Part shown: piece after piece, positions 29,156-39,362 of the stretch
Numbering within the stretch: the first letter of the stretch is position 1
Layout of the letters: each line of letters opens with the position of its first letter
DNA from: Saprospirales bacterium
GTDB lineage: Bacteria > Bacteroidota > Bacteroidia > Chitinophagales > UBA8649
Direction of reading: 5' to 3'
Length of the DNA stretch: 64,000 bases
Assembly: GCA_002708985.1 (NCBI GenBank)
Contig: PAPS01000017.1
Coordinates: 21,459-85,458, forward strand
Notes under the pieces: generated by a model
The model's database searches: none
What the model saw: only the letters and a program-made list of their open reading frames with translations
What the model was told of the DNA's origin: nothing
Translations under genes and position numbers: made by a program

Positions 29156-30001
29156 CTAGGCTATCTTGTGAATGTTTTGTATGACTGAAGGGACCTTCAA
29201 ATCCCGAACCTCTGACTTGCTTGAAACAAGATCAAGTCGACTCGGCCGTTTATAACCAAAGGATTGTTCTATTTGGGATGTTGGAATCAACTGAATTGTG
29301 TGTTCTTTTAACGCACATGTAATCTCCTTGGCCATTTCCATACGCGACATTAGTTTGGGGCCTGAAATATGGTATATACCAGGCTTCCAGTCCAGTGCCC
29401 CCCAAATCGCTGTTGCCACATCGATTGCATGGATGGGCCTTCGGAACTCGTCAATAAACATATTGAGCAACCCGTGTTGCCTACCTTGATTCAGCATGGC
29501 CTCAAGTGATCCCTTTCCCTTCCTGTGTAGCCCTAGGACAAGGGGTAGCCTTAATACCAAGCCCTTGCCGTAGCCTAAAACAATGTGCTCGGCTTCCAAT
29601 TTTTGTTGGCCATATTGGTGACATGGGCTAGGCTTCGTTGACTCATAAAGTGATCCCTCTTCCCCAGAAAAAACCTGGTCGGTAGATGAAAAAATGATAG
29701 GAAGATTTCTCCGCTTCGCAGCCGACACAACTCGTTTAGTTACCCCCACGTTGAGGCGGTATGTCTCTGTAGATCGCTCACATACAGAAATATTTCCTTC
29801 AGCGGCCAAGTGAATAATTCCATCTATTTGCTGTTTCTCAAAAAGTTCAAGAAGATCCTTGTCTCTTAACGATAAAAGGTCGGCATTAATGCCCTTACCT
29901 TTCTGCGCCCTACTTAGTGGAATTGGGTAATAGGGGTCGGGACAACACTTCATAACATAGCTCCCAATAAAACCCGCAGCCCCAGTAACAAGAATGCGCA
30001 T
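29156..30001 (-). CDS. SDR-family NAD(P)-dependent reductase/epimerase (RmlD-like)
   Basis: Rossmann motif ILVTGAAGFIGS, a catalytic-type Y..QK (HQYGQQK), and overall RmlD-like length. It starts 1 nt after the lpd stop. Confidence 0.65.
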   Translation of the reverse strand: MRILVTGAAGFIGSYVMKCCPDPYYPIPLSRAQKGKGINADLLSLRDKDLLELFEKQQIDGIIHLAAEGNISVCERSTETYRLNVGVTKRVVSAAKRRNLPIIFSSTDQVFSGEEGSLYESTKPSPCHQYGQQKLEAEHIVLGYGKGLVLRLPLVLGLHRKGKGSLEAMLNQGRQHGLLNMFIDEFRRPIHAIDVATAIWGALDWKPGIYHISGPKLMSRMEMAKEITCALKEHTIQLIPTSQIEQSFGYKRPSRLDLVSSKSEVRDLKVPSVIQNIHKIA

Positions 30002-30002
30002 A

Positions 30003-31400
30003 TTACATGTGTAGCGGCCTGTTCTCTGTTGCCGCCAGGCAGGCCTCTTTGAACCCCTCAGAATAGGTTGGGTGAGGGTGGCTCATGCGGGAAATATCTT
30101 CCGCTGAAGCGCGATATTCCAGTGCCAATACACCTTCCATTATCATATCTGCGGCACGGGCTCCTATGATATGCACACCCAAAATTTCATCGGTTTCCTT
30201 GTGAGAAAGGATTTTAATAAAACCATCAAGATCCATTGATGCCCTGGCTCTTCCAAGGGCTTTATATGGGAATTTGCCAGCCTTGTAAGGAATTTTTTCT
30301 TCTTTGATTTCCTGTTCGGTTTTCCCCACGCCCGCAGCCTCCGGCCAGGTGTACGCCACATTTGGAATTCTATCATAATGGATGTGTGGTCGCTGACCCG
30401 CCATATATTCTGCCACAAGAACCCCTTCTTCTTCGGCTTTATGGGCCAACATTGCACCCTTTATAACGTCTCCAATAGCAAAGACATTGTCAGCGGACGT
30501 TCTAAGGTTTTCGTCTACTTCTATTCGTCCGCGGTCATCACAAAAAATACCTGCTGATTCTAGATTCAAACTAGCAGTATAGGGTTTGCGGCCCACGGCA
30601 ACTAAGCAGATATCTGCCTCTTGATGAACTTCCTTTCCTTTTTGGGACGCATAAATGGCAACCTTTTTTCCTTTTTTCTCAACGCCAGTTACCGACGTAT
30701 TCAAATGAAAGGTTATGCCTTGTTTGGTTAATACTTTTTTTAATTCACGACTTAGGTCTACATCCATAGAGGATGCTAAATAAGGTGCATACTCATACAC
30801 CGTAACATCAGTACCAAGTCGGCTGTATACCGAGCCCATCTCAACCCCTATTATTCCCCCGCCTATAATGGCCATGGATTTGGGAATGGCTGGCAAGGAA
30901 AGCGCTTCGGTCGACGTGATAATTTGCTTTCCATCAAGTTGTATAAATGGGAGATTTGCGGGTTCTGAACCTGTAGCTATAATCACCCTTTCCACCCCGT
31001 ATTGAGTTGATTTTTTATTGTGGGTTACCTTAATCGTATTTTTATCGACAAAGGACCCCGTCCCACGAAGCACGTCAATGTTGTTTTTCTTCATCAGAAA
31101 GTCGATACCATCGATATTGGCTTTGACCACCTCGTTTTTCCGCTTAATCATTTGCCCAAAGTCGACAGTCACCCGACCAACATCGATTCCATGCTCAGCA
31201 AACTCTTTTTTTGCTTTGGAGACGTGCTCAGATGAATCAAGCAAAGATTTAGACGGAATACATCCTACATTAAGACATGTTCCACCGAGCGTTGGATTTT
31301 TTTCTACTATCGCGGTCTTCATGCCTAATTGCGCACAACGTATTGCTGCTACATAACCACCAGGACCCGATCCAATTATTATTACCTCATACTTCCTCAT
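30003..31400 (-). CDS. lpd: dihydrolipoyl dehydrogenase (E3)
   Basis: IIIGSGPGGY, redox-active disulfide GGTCLNVGCIPSK, a second NAD fold IIGGGIIGVE, and the C-terminal HPHPTYSE interface motif. Confidence 0.95.
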   Translation of the reverse strand: MRKYEVIIIGSGPGGYVAAIRCAQLGMKTAIVEKNPTLGGTCLNVGCIPSKSLLDSSEHVSKAKKEFAEHGIDVGRVTVDFGQMIKRKNEVVKANIDGIDFLMKKNNIDVLRGTGSFVDKNTIKVTHNKKSTQYGVERVIIATGSEPANLPFIQLDGKQIITSTEALSLPAIPKSMAIIGGGIIGVEMGSVYSRLGTDVTVYEYAPYLASSMDVDLSRELKKVLTKQGITFHLNTSVTGVEKKGKKVAIYASQKGKEVHQEADICLVAVGRKPYTASLNLESAGIFCDDRGRIEVDENLRTSADNVFAIGDVIKGAMLAHKAEEEGVLVAEYMAGQRPHIHYDRIPNVAYTWPEAAGVGKTEQEIKEEKIPYKAGKFPYKALGRARASMDLDGFIKILSHKETDEILGVHIIGARAADMIMEGVLALEYRASAEDISRMSHPHPTYSEGFKEACLAATENRPLHM

Positions 31401-31609
31401 TGTCGATGGATTTTGTTTTAATAAAGATATTGAATATTCCTAGGATGTTATAAGGTAAATATAGGGTTGGTGCCAAGAATTAAAAAGTCAAAGTTGTGCG
31501 ATTATTATATTGATAATCAATGGATTTATCGTACATAAATGAAAAATACTTCGCCGTTTTCTTGGTTTTATATCTTACCTTCTGTTATCTTCGGCCCTCA
31601 AAGGAAAAC

Positions 31610-32062
31610 ATGGATACGTTGAGTTACAAAACCAAACACGATAATATCAAAGCTGAAGATAAGGCTTGGTTCATTGTCGATGCTTCAAATCAAACACTTG
31701 GTCGCTTGTCGACACAGATCGCTATTATTTTGCGCGGAAAGCATAAAGCTAATTACAGCGCACACTTCGACAACGGAGACAACGTAATAGTTATTAATGC
31801 TGAGAAAGTAGCCCTTACTGGTAAAAAGTGGTCTCAAAAGAAATATCTACGTTACAGTGGTTATCCTGGAGGCCTAAGAGCACGAAACGCTAACGAAATG
31901 CTCGAAAAGAAACCCGAGGCAATCGTAGAAAAAGCCGTGCGCGGCATGTTGCCAAAAAACCGACTTGGTCGAGCACTTTTTGGCAACCTTTATGTATACA
32001 CCGGCAGCGAACATCCGCACGGTGCGCAAAATCCTAAAGAATTAACAATCCAAGCTAAATAA
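31610..32062 (+). CDS. rplM: 50S ribosomal protein L13
   Basis: WFIVDASNQTLGRLSTQIAIILRGKHK...GDNVIVINAEK is classic L13. I use the ATG at 31610, which gives 150 aa. The track's 30-aa N-terminal extension looks spurious. Confidence 0.95.
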   Translation: MDTLSYKTKHDNIKAEDKAWFIVDASNQTLGRLSTQIAIILRGKHKANYSAHFDNGDNVIVINAEKVALTGKKWSQKKYLRYSGYPGGLRARNANEMLEKKPEAIVEKAVRGMLPKNRLGRALFGNLYVYTGSEHPHGAQNPKELTIQAK

Positions 32063-32063
32063 C

Positions 32064-32450
32064 ATGGAAAAGAATGTAAGCGTTGGCCGACGTAAGGCGT
32101 CTATTGCACGGGTTCACATTTCCTCTGGAAAAGGGAAGATTACCATTAATGGCAAAAAGCTCGAAGAATATTTTCCTCAGCCCGTAATGCAGCAGGTTGC
32201 TGCAAAACCAGTAAATATGATTGGCAGTGCCAAGTCATACGACTACAATGTAAATGTTTGCGGAGGGGGTTTTAAGGGACAAGCCGAAGCTATTGCTCTT
32301 GGGCTTTCTCGGGCCATCCTTCTATTTGATGAGGAGGCGCGGCCAGAATTAAAATCAGAACGTTTACTAAAGCGGGACTCCCGTGTGGTTGAGCGCAAAA
32401 AACCGGGCTTCCGCAAAGCGCGCAAGAAAGAACAATACAGTAAACGATAA
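32064..32450 (+). CDS. rpsI: 30S ribosomal protein S9
   Basis: GRRKASIARV...GGG..GQA.A...G.SRAL...R.LLKRDSR..ERKK.G..KARK..Q.SKR, the canonical S9 C-terminus. Confidence 0.95.
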   Translation: MEKNVSVGRRKASIARVHISSGKGKITINGKKLEEYFPQPVMQQVAAKPVNMIGSAKSYDYNVNVCGGGFKGQAEAIALGLSRAILLFDEEARPELKSERLLKRDSRVVERKKPGFRKARKKEQYSKR

Positions 32451-32470
32451 ACCAACAGAAAACCTATAAG

Positions 32471-33226
32471 ATGATGGAAAAAGTATCACATAAAGACATG
32501 TTAGAGGCTGGAGTGCACTTTGGTCACTTAAAGCGTAAATGGAATCCTAAGATGTTACCCTACATCTTTGCCGAACGAAAGGGTATTCACCTTATCGATT
32601 TAAACAAAACATCTGAAAGCCTTGAAGAGGCGGCTCATGCAGTAAGACAAATCGTTAAGTCGGGTCGAAAAGTTTTGTTTGTCGCCACAAAAAAACAGGC
32701 TAAAGAGGTTGTTAAGGCTGAAGCACAGAGAGCTAATATGCCCTTCGTAACAGAACGTTGGTTAGGGGGTATGCTAACAAACTTCGCTACAATTCGTCGA
32801 TCTGTTAAGAAAATGGAAAGCATTCGAAAGCTCCTTGATGATAAAAACACAACCTCACTTACAAAAAAGGAGCGTTTGTTGCTTGGCAGACAGTTGCAGA
32901 AACTTAGCATGGTACTTGGGGGTATTGAAAACCTAAACCGTGTTCCCGCAGCAGTATATGTTGTGGATATCACATATGAAGACATTGCGATCAAAGAGGC
33001 TAAAAAGTTAGGAATACGAACCCTCGGAATGGTTGATACCAACTCCAATCCAAATTCGATCGACTTTCCAATTCCTTCGAATGATGATGCGGCAAACTCA
33101 ATTCAACTCATTACGAGCTGTCTAGCCGATGCTGCAATTGCAGGATCAAAAGACCGTGCACAAATGAAAGAAGAGAACGCAAAATCTGAAGAAAAAGCGC
33201 CTTCAGAAGAAAAGGCAGCAGAATAA
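32471..33226 (+). CDS. rpsB: 30S ribosomal protein S2
   Basis: MLEAGVHFGH..RKWNPKM..YIF..R.GIH.IDL and RWLGGMLTNF motifs, with an acidic/lysine-rich C-terminal tail. Confidence 0.95.
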   Translation: MMEKVSHKDMLEAGVHFGHLKRKWNPKMLPYIFAERKGIHLIDLNKTSESLEEAAHAVRQIVKSGRKVLFVATKKQAKEVVKAEAQRANMPFVTERWLGGMLTNFATIRRSVKKMESIRKLLDDKNTTSLTKKERLLLGRQLQKLSMVLGGIENLNRVPAAVYVVDITYEDIAIKEAKKLGIRTLGMVDTNSNPNSIDFPIPSNDDAANSIQLITSCLADAAIAGSKDRAQMKEENAKSEEKAPSEEKAAE

Positions 33227-33256
33227 TTTATTGATAACATTGTATTTATAAAGACT

Positions 33257-34087
33257 ATGGGAATTTCAGCCAAAGAGGTTAATGAATTGCGCAAAAAAAC
33301 AGGTGCGGGAATCATGGACTGTAAAAAAGCGCTCACCGCATCCAAGGGAGATGTGGACGGCGCCATTGAATACCTAAGAAAAAAGGGGCAAAAAGTAGCA
33401 GAACTTCGAGCGGGAAGAGATGCTAATGAAGGGGCAGTAATCGCAAGTGTCAATACTGAGGCGGACCGAGGTGTCATCGTATACCTCGCTTGTGAAACAG
33501 ATTTCGTAGCCAAAAACGATGACTTTGTAGCTTTTGCTACACGTCTTGCCAGCCATGCTTTGGCCAAAAACATTGAGAGTCTCGATGCATTAATGGCTTC
33601 ATCAATGGATGACAAGTCAATTGCAGACCACGTGGCCGAACGTGTTGGAATGATTGGAGAAAGCATTTCCGTGAAAGCTTTTCACGCGCTAGAGGCCGCC
33701 AAAGTTGTTTCTTATATCCACGCCGGAAATCGAATTGGTGTCCTTCTTGGTCTTAGTAAAGATGTCGAGGGTGCAACAGAAGTTGGGCGCGATGTTGGAA
33801 TGCAGGTGGCAGCAATGAGACCCATTGGCCTAGACGAATCCAATATTCCTGAAGATGTTCGCGAGCGGGAACTTCAAATTGCACGAGACAAAGCACTACA
33901 AGATAATAAGCCAGAACATATCATTGAAAAAATAGCTGCGGGCTCATTAAATAAGTTCTACAAAGAGAACACATTAGTTCACCAAAGTTTTGTTAAAGAT
34001 CCGTCACTCTCCGTGGCGCAATATGTACAAAATTTAGACAAAGAACTTTCTATTACTGCTTTTTTACGCTGCGAATTGGGGGAATAA
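33257..34087 (+). CDS. tsf: translation elongation factor Ts
   Basis: UBA-like N-terminus VNELRKKTGAGIMDCKKAL....GD...AIEYLRKKG, followed by the EF-Ts core. Confidence 0.95.
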   Translation: MGISAKEVNELRKKTGAGIMDCKKALTASKGDVDGAIEYLRKKGQKVAELRAGRDANEGAVIASVNTEADRGVIVYLACETDFVAKNDDFVAFATRLASHALAKNIESLDALMASSMDDKSIADHVAERVGMIGESISVKAFHALEAAKVVSYIHAGNRIGVLLGLSKDVEGATEVGRDVGMQVAAMRPIGLDESNIPEDVRERELQIARDKALQDNKPEHIIEKIAAGSLNKFYKENTLVHQSFVKDPSLSVAQYVQNLDKELSITAFLRCELGE

Positions 34088-34102
34088 TTATTTTCGCAAT
34101 AC

Positions 34103-34831
34103 ATGGCATACAAGCGAATACTTCTCAAACTTAGTGGTGAAGCCCTTATGGGCGACAAAACCTATGGAATAGATCCAAACACAATAAGACAATTTGCCCT
34201 TGATATTAAAGAGGTTGTGGGCCTTGGTGTTGAGGTGGCAGTCGTTGTCGGAGGTGGAAACATCTTTCGTGGACTACAAGCATCTGATACTGGTGTCGAC
34301 CGGGTTTCTGGAGACTATATGGGTATGTTGGCTACCGTAATGAACGGTGTGGCGCTCCAAAACGCTGCAGAACAAGTGGGTGTTGACACTCGATTGATTT
34401 CGGCTATACAAATGCGAGAGATTGCAGAACCCTTTATTCCTAAACGAGCAAAAAGGCATCTCGAAAAGGGCCGCCTTGTAATTTTTGCATCAGGAACGGG
34501 TAATCCCTATTTCACTACGGACTCGGGTGCCGCGCTTCGCGCTTCAGAAATCGGGGCAGATGTGGTTCTTAAGGGAACCAAAGTAGATGGAATTTACGAA
34601 GAAGACCCCGTGATAAACCCACAAGCCAAGAGATATAGCGATGTTACCTTCAACGACGTTATTCAAAAAAACCTTGGAGTTATGGACATGACGGCCTTCA
34701 CCCTTTGCCAAGAAAATGCGATGCCTATTGTGGTCTTTAACATGAATACGATTGGAAATCTCTTGCGCGTAGTTAAAGGAGAAAAAATTGGTACTTTGGT
34801 AAGTGGGCAAAAAACTAGATTTTATGAATAG
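34103..34831 (+). CDS. pyrH: UMP kinase
   Basis: [12 protein letters not shown]...[11 protein letters not shown]...GMLATVMN...[10 protein letters not shown]...KGT.VDG.Y..DP. Confidence 0.95.
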   Translation: MAYKRILLKLSGEALMGDKTYGIDPNTIRQFALDIKEVVGLGVEVAVVVGGGNIFRGLQASDTGVDRVSGDYMGMLATVMNGVALQNAAEQVGVDTRLISAIQMREIAEPFIPKRAKRHLEKGRLVIFASGTGNPYFTTDSGAALRASEIGADVVLKGTKVDGIYEEDPVINPQAKRYSDVTFNDVIQKNLGVMDMTAFTLCQENAMPIVVFNMNTIGNLLRVVKGEKIGTLVSGQKTRFYE

Positions 34832-35387
34832 TTCAATACAAGAAGTGCTCTCTGTGCTTGCTGAGGGCCAAGAACAAATTTTTGACTCTCTTAAACAAAA
34901 TCTATCTAAGATTAGGGCGGGCAAAGCAAACCCTAGTATGTTGTCCTCTGTAATGGTTGAAGCCTATGGCAGCATGATGCCACTTAACCAGTTGGCCAAC
35001 GTTAACGCCACGGATGCAAGAACGCTAACAATTCAACCCTTTGATAAAAATGTTCTTGGTGAAATCGAGAGGGGAATTCTAAGTGCAAATCTTGGCCTAA
35101 CCCCAATGAATGATGGGGAGTTTGTTAGACTTTCCCTACCCGTCCTCACCGAAGAGCGAAGAAAAGAGCTTTCAAAACAAGCAAAAGCAATGTGCGAACA
35201 AGCAAAAGTTAATCTCAGATCAGCAAGGAAAGATGCCATGGATGCCGTTAAAGCATTAGGCGTAGATACACTTTCTGAAGACGAGGTAAAAGATGGTGAG
35301 GGTGCTGTTCAATCAAGCATAGATTCCGCCAACAAAACAATAGATGGAATTTATCAGACTAAGGAATCCGAAATAATGGCTGTATAA
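34824..35387 (+). CDS. frr: ribosome recycling factor
   Basis: [21 protein letters not shown].....DART..I.PFD and LTEERRKEL motifs. The ATG at 34824 overlaps the pyrH stop in ATGAATAG. The track's GTG start at 34803 is less likely. Confidence 0.95.
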   Translation: MNSSIQEVLSVLAEGQEQIFDSLKQNLSKIRAGKANPSMLSSVMVEAYGSMMPLNQLANVNATDARTLTIQPFDKNVLGEIERGILSANLGLTPMNDGEFVRLSLPVLTEERRKELSKQAKAMCEQAKVNLRSARKDAMDAVKALGVDTLSEDEVKDGEGAVQSSIDSANKTIDGIYQTKESEIMAV

Positions 35388-35421
35388 CATGCCAGGATAA
35401 TTATTTCCTTTTGGGGCTGCC

Positions 35422-36021
35422 TTATCCAGCCCAACGCTTCGACACAACATCCCAATTTACTACACTCCAAAAAGCATTAATATAATCAGGGCGTCTGTTT
35501 TGGTAACGTAAATAGTATGCGTGTTCCCACACGTCCAGGGCTAAAATCGGTCTTCCACCACAACCAGTATTTGGCATTAATGGGTTGTCCTGGTTTGCTG
35601 TGGAGCAAACTTCTAAACTTCCATCGTCTTTTCTGCATAGCCAAGCCCAACCCGAACCAAAACGTGTTGCTCCAGCTTTATTGAATGCCTCTTTCATATT
35701 GTCTACGCTTCCAAAACAACGCTCAATACAAGAAGTCAAATCCGCGCTCATCTCTGTGGCGTGTGGTGAGAGGTTTTCCCAAAAGAGACAATGATTATAA
35801 TAACCTCCACCATTATTTCTTAAGGCTGCATTATTCATATCCATCGACGCCATTAAGGCCGTTAGGTCAGAAGAATCTATAGATGCTGCCTCGAGGGCTG
35901 CGTTAAATTTTGAAGTATAACCAGCGTGGTGTTTGCTGTGGTGTATCTCCATGGTTCGCGCATCAAAGTGAGGCTCTAAAGCATCATAACTGTAAGGTAA
36001 TTGGGGTAGTGTAAAGGCCAT
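35422..36021 (-). CDS. Fe/Mn superoxide dismutase
   Basis: LPYSYDALEPHFD..TMEIHHSKHH, and DVWEHAYYL near the C-terminus. Metal specificity is not callable by eye. Confidence 0.95.
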   Translation of the reverse strand: MAFTLPQLPYSYDALEPHFDARTMEIHHSKHHAGYTSKFNAALEAASIDSSDLTALMASMDMNNAALRNNGGGYYNHCLFWENLSPHATEMSADLTSCIERCFGSVDNMKEAFNKAGATRFGSGWAWLCRKDDGSLEVCSTANQDNPLMPNTGCGGRPILALDVWEHAYYLRYQNRRPDYINAFWSVVNWDVVSKRWAG

Positions 36022-36038
36022 TTCTTTTTTTTTCTAAG

Positions 36039-36524
36039 TTAAGCCTCACGGCGCAATTGTGCGAAATAATCTTTAAGAAAAGTTTTGTATTCCAAGGCAA
36101 TCGCTTGAATTTCGGGATCAACCCATGGCCTCTCAACAATACACTCCCAACAATCTTTCTTTGAATGCTTAATGGCGTGGTGACTTATTGCACCAAACTT
36201 GGCGTCTGGCAATAAATACTGTACCCGCTTTACTTGTGCCCAATGAATTGCTCCTGAACACATTATACAAGGCTCTAAAGAAACCATTACCGTGTATGAT
36301 GATAGATGTCGAGTTTGATTTGCAGCAGTTGCGGCTGAAATAGCAAGCATTTCTGCATGGGCCGTTGGATCTTGTAAAAGATTTACCTGATTCCATCCTT
36401 TGGAAACAATCTTATTTTTTTGATTGTCAACAACGATGGCCCCGATCGGCACCTCTCCACTTTCTGCTGCCCGGTACGCATTTTTTAACACTTCGCGCCA
36501 AAGCATAATATCATTCGAATACAT
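36039..36524 (-). CDS. tadA: tRNA-specific adenosine deaminase / CMP-dCMP-type zinc deaminase
   Basis: Zinc-binding motifs HAEMLAI and LEPCIMCSGA, with a size of about 160 aa. Confidence 0.8.
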   Translation of the reverse strand: MYSNDIMLWREVLKNAYRAAESGEVPIGAIVVDNQKNKIVSKGWNQVNLLQDPTAHAEMLAISAATAANQTRHLSSYTVMVSLEPCIMCSGAIHWAQVKRVQYLLPDAKFGAISHHAIKHSKKDCWECIVERPWVDPEIQAIALEYKTFLKDYFAQLRREA

Positions 36525-36690
36525 AGCGTATTTCCTTTGAACTTACAACAAAAGTAGCTCGGCGTTGACGAATTTCATTGAGTATATGTGGTTAATCTTG
36601 CTTCACATATACCCTATATAAGCTACATTTGTTTTGTTAATGGTTTATTTGTCAAGCATATCATGTCGCACGTTGTGCCTTCGTGCCGCA

Positions 36691-38121
36691 ATGCGACATT
36701 ATGCATTGCTAAGGGCTAACACTACAGCATTTTTACTTTGTTTAACCACTTCATTTCTTTTTGGACAGAACACCGATCGGGTCCAATATAGTCTAGATGA
36801 TTGCCTGATTTTTTCTCTAGACGTTGATAATTCATTACAACTCCAGCAAATAAAAATCAGTCTAAATGCATTAGATATTAAAAGCAGTAATCTTGGAATG
36901 TACACCCCAAATGTTAGTGCCTCAATTACCGAGAATTTAAATTTTAGCAACTCAATTGACCCGCTAACATTCAACTTTGTAGCCCAAAACACCAATGCAA
37001 CACTAGGATCTATCGATTTGGCTTGGGATCTATTTAATGGCTTTCAAAAACAAAACGCACACAAAGGGCTCTTAACCGACCGATCGGTTTTTGAGCTCGA
37101 AGAGGACCTGCTAGAAAGAGAAATTGCCATTATAACCACCCAATCCTTCTTTGCTGTGCTAGCAAGTAAAATCAGCTTGGATCTTGTTGATACTGCGCTA
37201 TATCAAAGCCTTGCGGATATCAATCAATATGACTTACTCATTCAGGCAGGTCTGCAGCCCGCGGCATCGCGTGTAGAATTTGAAGTGAGTCTTACTGAGC
37301 AGGAGCTTCAACAGGCTCGGGCAAAGGCACAATTAAATCGGTCTAAGCTAAGCTTAGCTCAACTGTTACAGCAAAACGACCAAGCGCTTTTTACCCTTGA
37401 TACATCAGGAATTTTTTCAATTATCCGAGATTCCTCTATTTACCTCAGCCAACAGGGAGTAGAAAAAACACGTTTACTTGGAGAACTAAGGCTTACAGCT
37501 GAAAACTATCGATATCAATCCATGAAGGGGCTCCTTTGGCCAACTATAAGCCTTGGCGCAAGAATTAACACAAACTTCTTTAGCGCTAGCCAACAAATCA
37601 ACGGGTTTAGTGGGCAGAACGACTTTCCCATAATTGGTGTAACCACAAGTGGAGAGACTGTTACTTCCACCATTCCGTTTACCCAGCCGATTTATTCGCC
37701 TCGACCTTTTGGTAACCAACTAAAAACAAACTTTTCTCAATCGGCTAACCTAACCATTAGCTTTCCTCTTTGGGGACGATATCAACGCATTCAAGCCATT
37801 CAGCAGCAACAGCTTACCCAAGAGCAAACTATACTCTCCAATGTAAACGACCTAAGAGAGGATGAGAACCGTCTCGCACTATATATACAAGATGCTCACG
37901 GAGCCCTAGAGACTTATCACCAAACCAAACGACTATACAATATCAATGCCAAGGCTTCACTGGTGGCACAGACAAGGTATGAAGGAGGGCTTATAAGCCC
38001 CTATGAGTTATCTCTCGTTCGCAACCGACAACAGCTTGCGCGTGTCCAATTTCACCAAGCTCGGCTTGATTTGGCTAGCAAGCTTCACCTTATTCGTGTT
38101 TTTTATGAATACTCCAACTAA
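36691..38121 (+). CDS. TolC-family outer-membrane efflux protein
   Basis: A signal peptide follows the ATG at 36691 (MRHYALLRANTTAFLLCLTTSFLFGQ). Two repeats of helical/beta OEP-type sequence are present, with leucine/glutamine-rich coiled segments. Confidence 0.7.
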   Translation: MRHYALLRANTTAFLLCLTTSFLFGQNTDRVQYSLDDCLIFSLDVDNSLQLQQIKISLNALDIKSSNLGMYTPNVSASITENLNFSNSIDPLTFNFVAQNTNATLGSIDLAWDLFNGFQKQNAHKGLLTDRSVFELEEDLLEREIAIITTQSFFAVLASKISLDLVDTALYQSLADINQYDLLIQAGLQPAASRVEFEVSLTEQELQQARAKAQLNRSKLSLAQLLQQNDQALFTLDTSGIFSIIRDSSIYLSQQGVEKTRLLGELRLTAENYRYQSMKGLLWPTISLGARINTNFFSASQQINGFSGQNDFPIIGVTTSGETVTSTIPFTQPIYSPRPFGNQLKTNFSQSANLTISFPLWGRYQRIQAIQQQQLTQEQTILSNVNDLREDENRLALYIQDAHGALETYHQTKRLYNINAKASLVAQTRYEGGLISPYELSLVRNRQQLARVQFHQARLDLASKLHLIRVFYEYSN

Positions 38122-39358
38122 TCCTTTCAAACGATTACTCCTATCTATTCTTGGCCTTTGTTTTCTTTTGACACAGTGCGGAGGCGGGGCCGAGGGGTCT
38201 AACGTACTAGTTGAAGAAACTAGTCGCCGATCTATTACTGAAAAAGTTAGTGTAAGCGGAAATATCGAGGCGCTTGATAGCCGTGTTGTGTCGGCTGAAA
38301 ACTCCGGAAGAATTACATCAATACATGTTGCGCTTGGTCAGCACATAGATAGCGGAGACCTATTGCTTTCTATTGACGCAGAGTTATATACCAACAATCT
38401 TGATCTCGCCAAAACCAACCTAAACCAGCGCAGAGCTGGATTATCAAGAGCTCAGGCCTATCTCAGCCAAACTGAGGCCGCGTGGAGGCTTTCTGAAGAA
38501 CAGCTTAGCACGCAAGAAAATGCCTATAAAAAAGGGCTTATCTCGCAAACTGAGTTTGATGCCTTTCAATCAAACCACATCAGAATTCAAGGGGAATATG
38601 AGTCGAGTAAACACGCTGAAGATGAAGCGCGATATCTTGTTCGGGCAGCAGAAAACAGCATTAATGATGCAAAAAATGGATTGGCCCGAACCTCAATCTA
38701 CGCACCTGCTGGTGGTGTGGTTACCGAGCTTAATGTTCATGAAGGGGAGACCATTGTAGGTACCGATCAAATGCAGGGTAGCAATCTCCTCACGATCACC
38801 AATTTTGACACGTTGTTATTTCGTGCGGAAGTATCGGAAAGCGATATTCCGAGAATTCATGTTGACGACTCAGCAAAGATCATCTTAGACGCCTATCCTG
38901 GAAAAGCCCTTTTTGCCAAGGTTTGGCAACTACCCTTGTCCCCTAAACAAGGGGTTGACCTAACCAATAAATTTGAAGTAGTCCTCATGGTTTCCCCCGG
39001 ACGTTTGTCGCAGCTGGAAACAAGTCAAGAATTGCCATTAAGGCCGGGAATGAGGGGTAACGCATCGGTGTTTACCAATCGCGCAGAGGGCGCATTAAGT
39101 GTTCCCCTTCAATGTGTAACCGTTAGGCCAAACAACGAGGGTGTTATCGAAAATGTCGTTTTCATATATACGGGCGGAAAGGCTGTTGTCCAGCAGGTTG
39201 TTACCGGAATTCAAGATGAACAATACATTGAGATTGTTGCTGGCCTTGAAGAAGGCTCTTCGGTAATAAGCGGCCCTTATGATGCTATTGCAAATACACT
39301 GGAAAACCATTCTGCCGTTATTCAAGTAAAGGAAGAAGAGCTATTCGAAGAGGAGTAA
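38105..39358 (+). CDS. efflux-pump periplasmic adaptor (HlyD/MFP family) lipoprotein
   Basis: The ATG at 38105 gives MNTPTNPFKRLLLSILGLCFLLTQCGG (lipobox). Biotinyl-lipoyl-like hairpin segments (GRITSIHVALGQHIDSGDLLLSID ... IYAPAGGVVTELNVHEGE) flank a coiled coil. It overlaps the TolC gene by 17 nt. Confidence 0.75.
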   Translation: MNTPTNPFKRLLLSILGLCFLLTQCGGGAEGSNVLVEETSRRSITEKVSVSGNIEALDSRVVSAENSGRITSIHVALGQHIDSGDLLLSIDAELYTNNLDLAKTNLNQRRAGLSRAQAYLSQTEAAWRLSEEQLSTQENAYKKGLISQTEFDAFQSNHIRIQGEYESSKHAEDEARYLVRAAENSINDAKNGLARTSIYAPAGGVVTELNVHEGETIVGTDQMQGSNLLTITNFDTLLFRAEVSESDIPRIHVDDSAKIILDAYPGKALFAKVWQLPLSPKQGVDLTNKFEVVLMVSPGRLSQLETSQELPLRPGMRGNASVFTNRAEGALSVPLQCVTVRPNNEGVIENVVFIYTGGKAVVQQVVTGIQDEQYIEIVAGLEEGSSVISGPYDAIANTLENHSAVIQVKEEELFEEE

Positions 39359-39362
39359 GTCT

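Noticed and set aside
31520-31609. N-terminal 30-aa extension of L13 in the ORF track (MDLSYINEKYFAVFLVLYLTFCYLRPSKEN).
   Set aside because: L13 homology begins only after the internal ATG at 31610. The extension is hydrophobic and has no counterpart in L13. The track extensions at 38003 (adaptor), 36634 (TolC), 5635 (idi), 34803 (frr) and 42012 (pyk) were trimmed for the same reason.
33103-33666. 187-aa ORF antisense to rpsB/tsf. Similar long antisense ORFs occur at 10644-10967, 39392-40110, 62474-62848, 63079-63615 and 31018-31356.
   Set aside because: Each lies entirely inside a confidently identified gene on the opposite strand. Their composition is low-complexity (A/S/L/P/R-rich), typical of shadow ORFs, and no motifs were seen.
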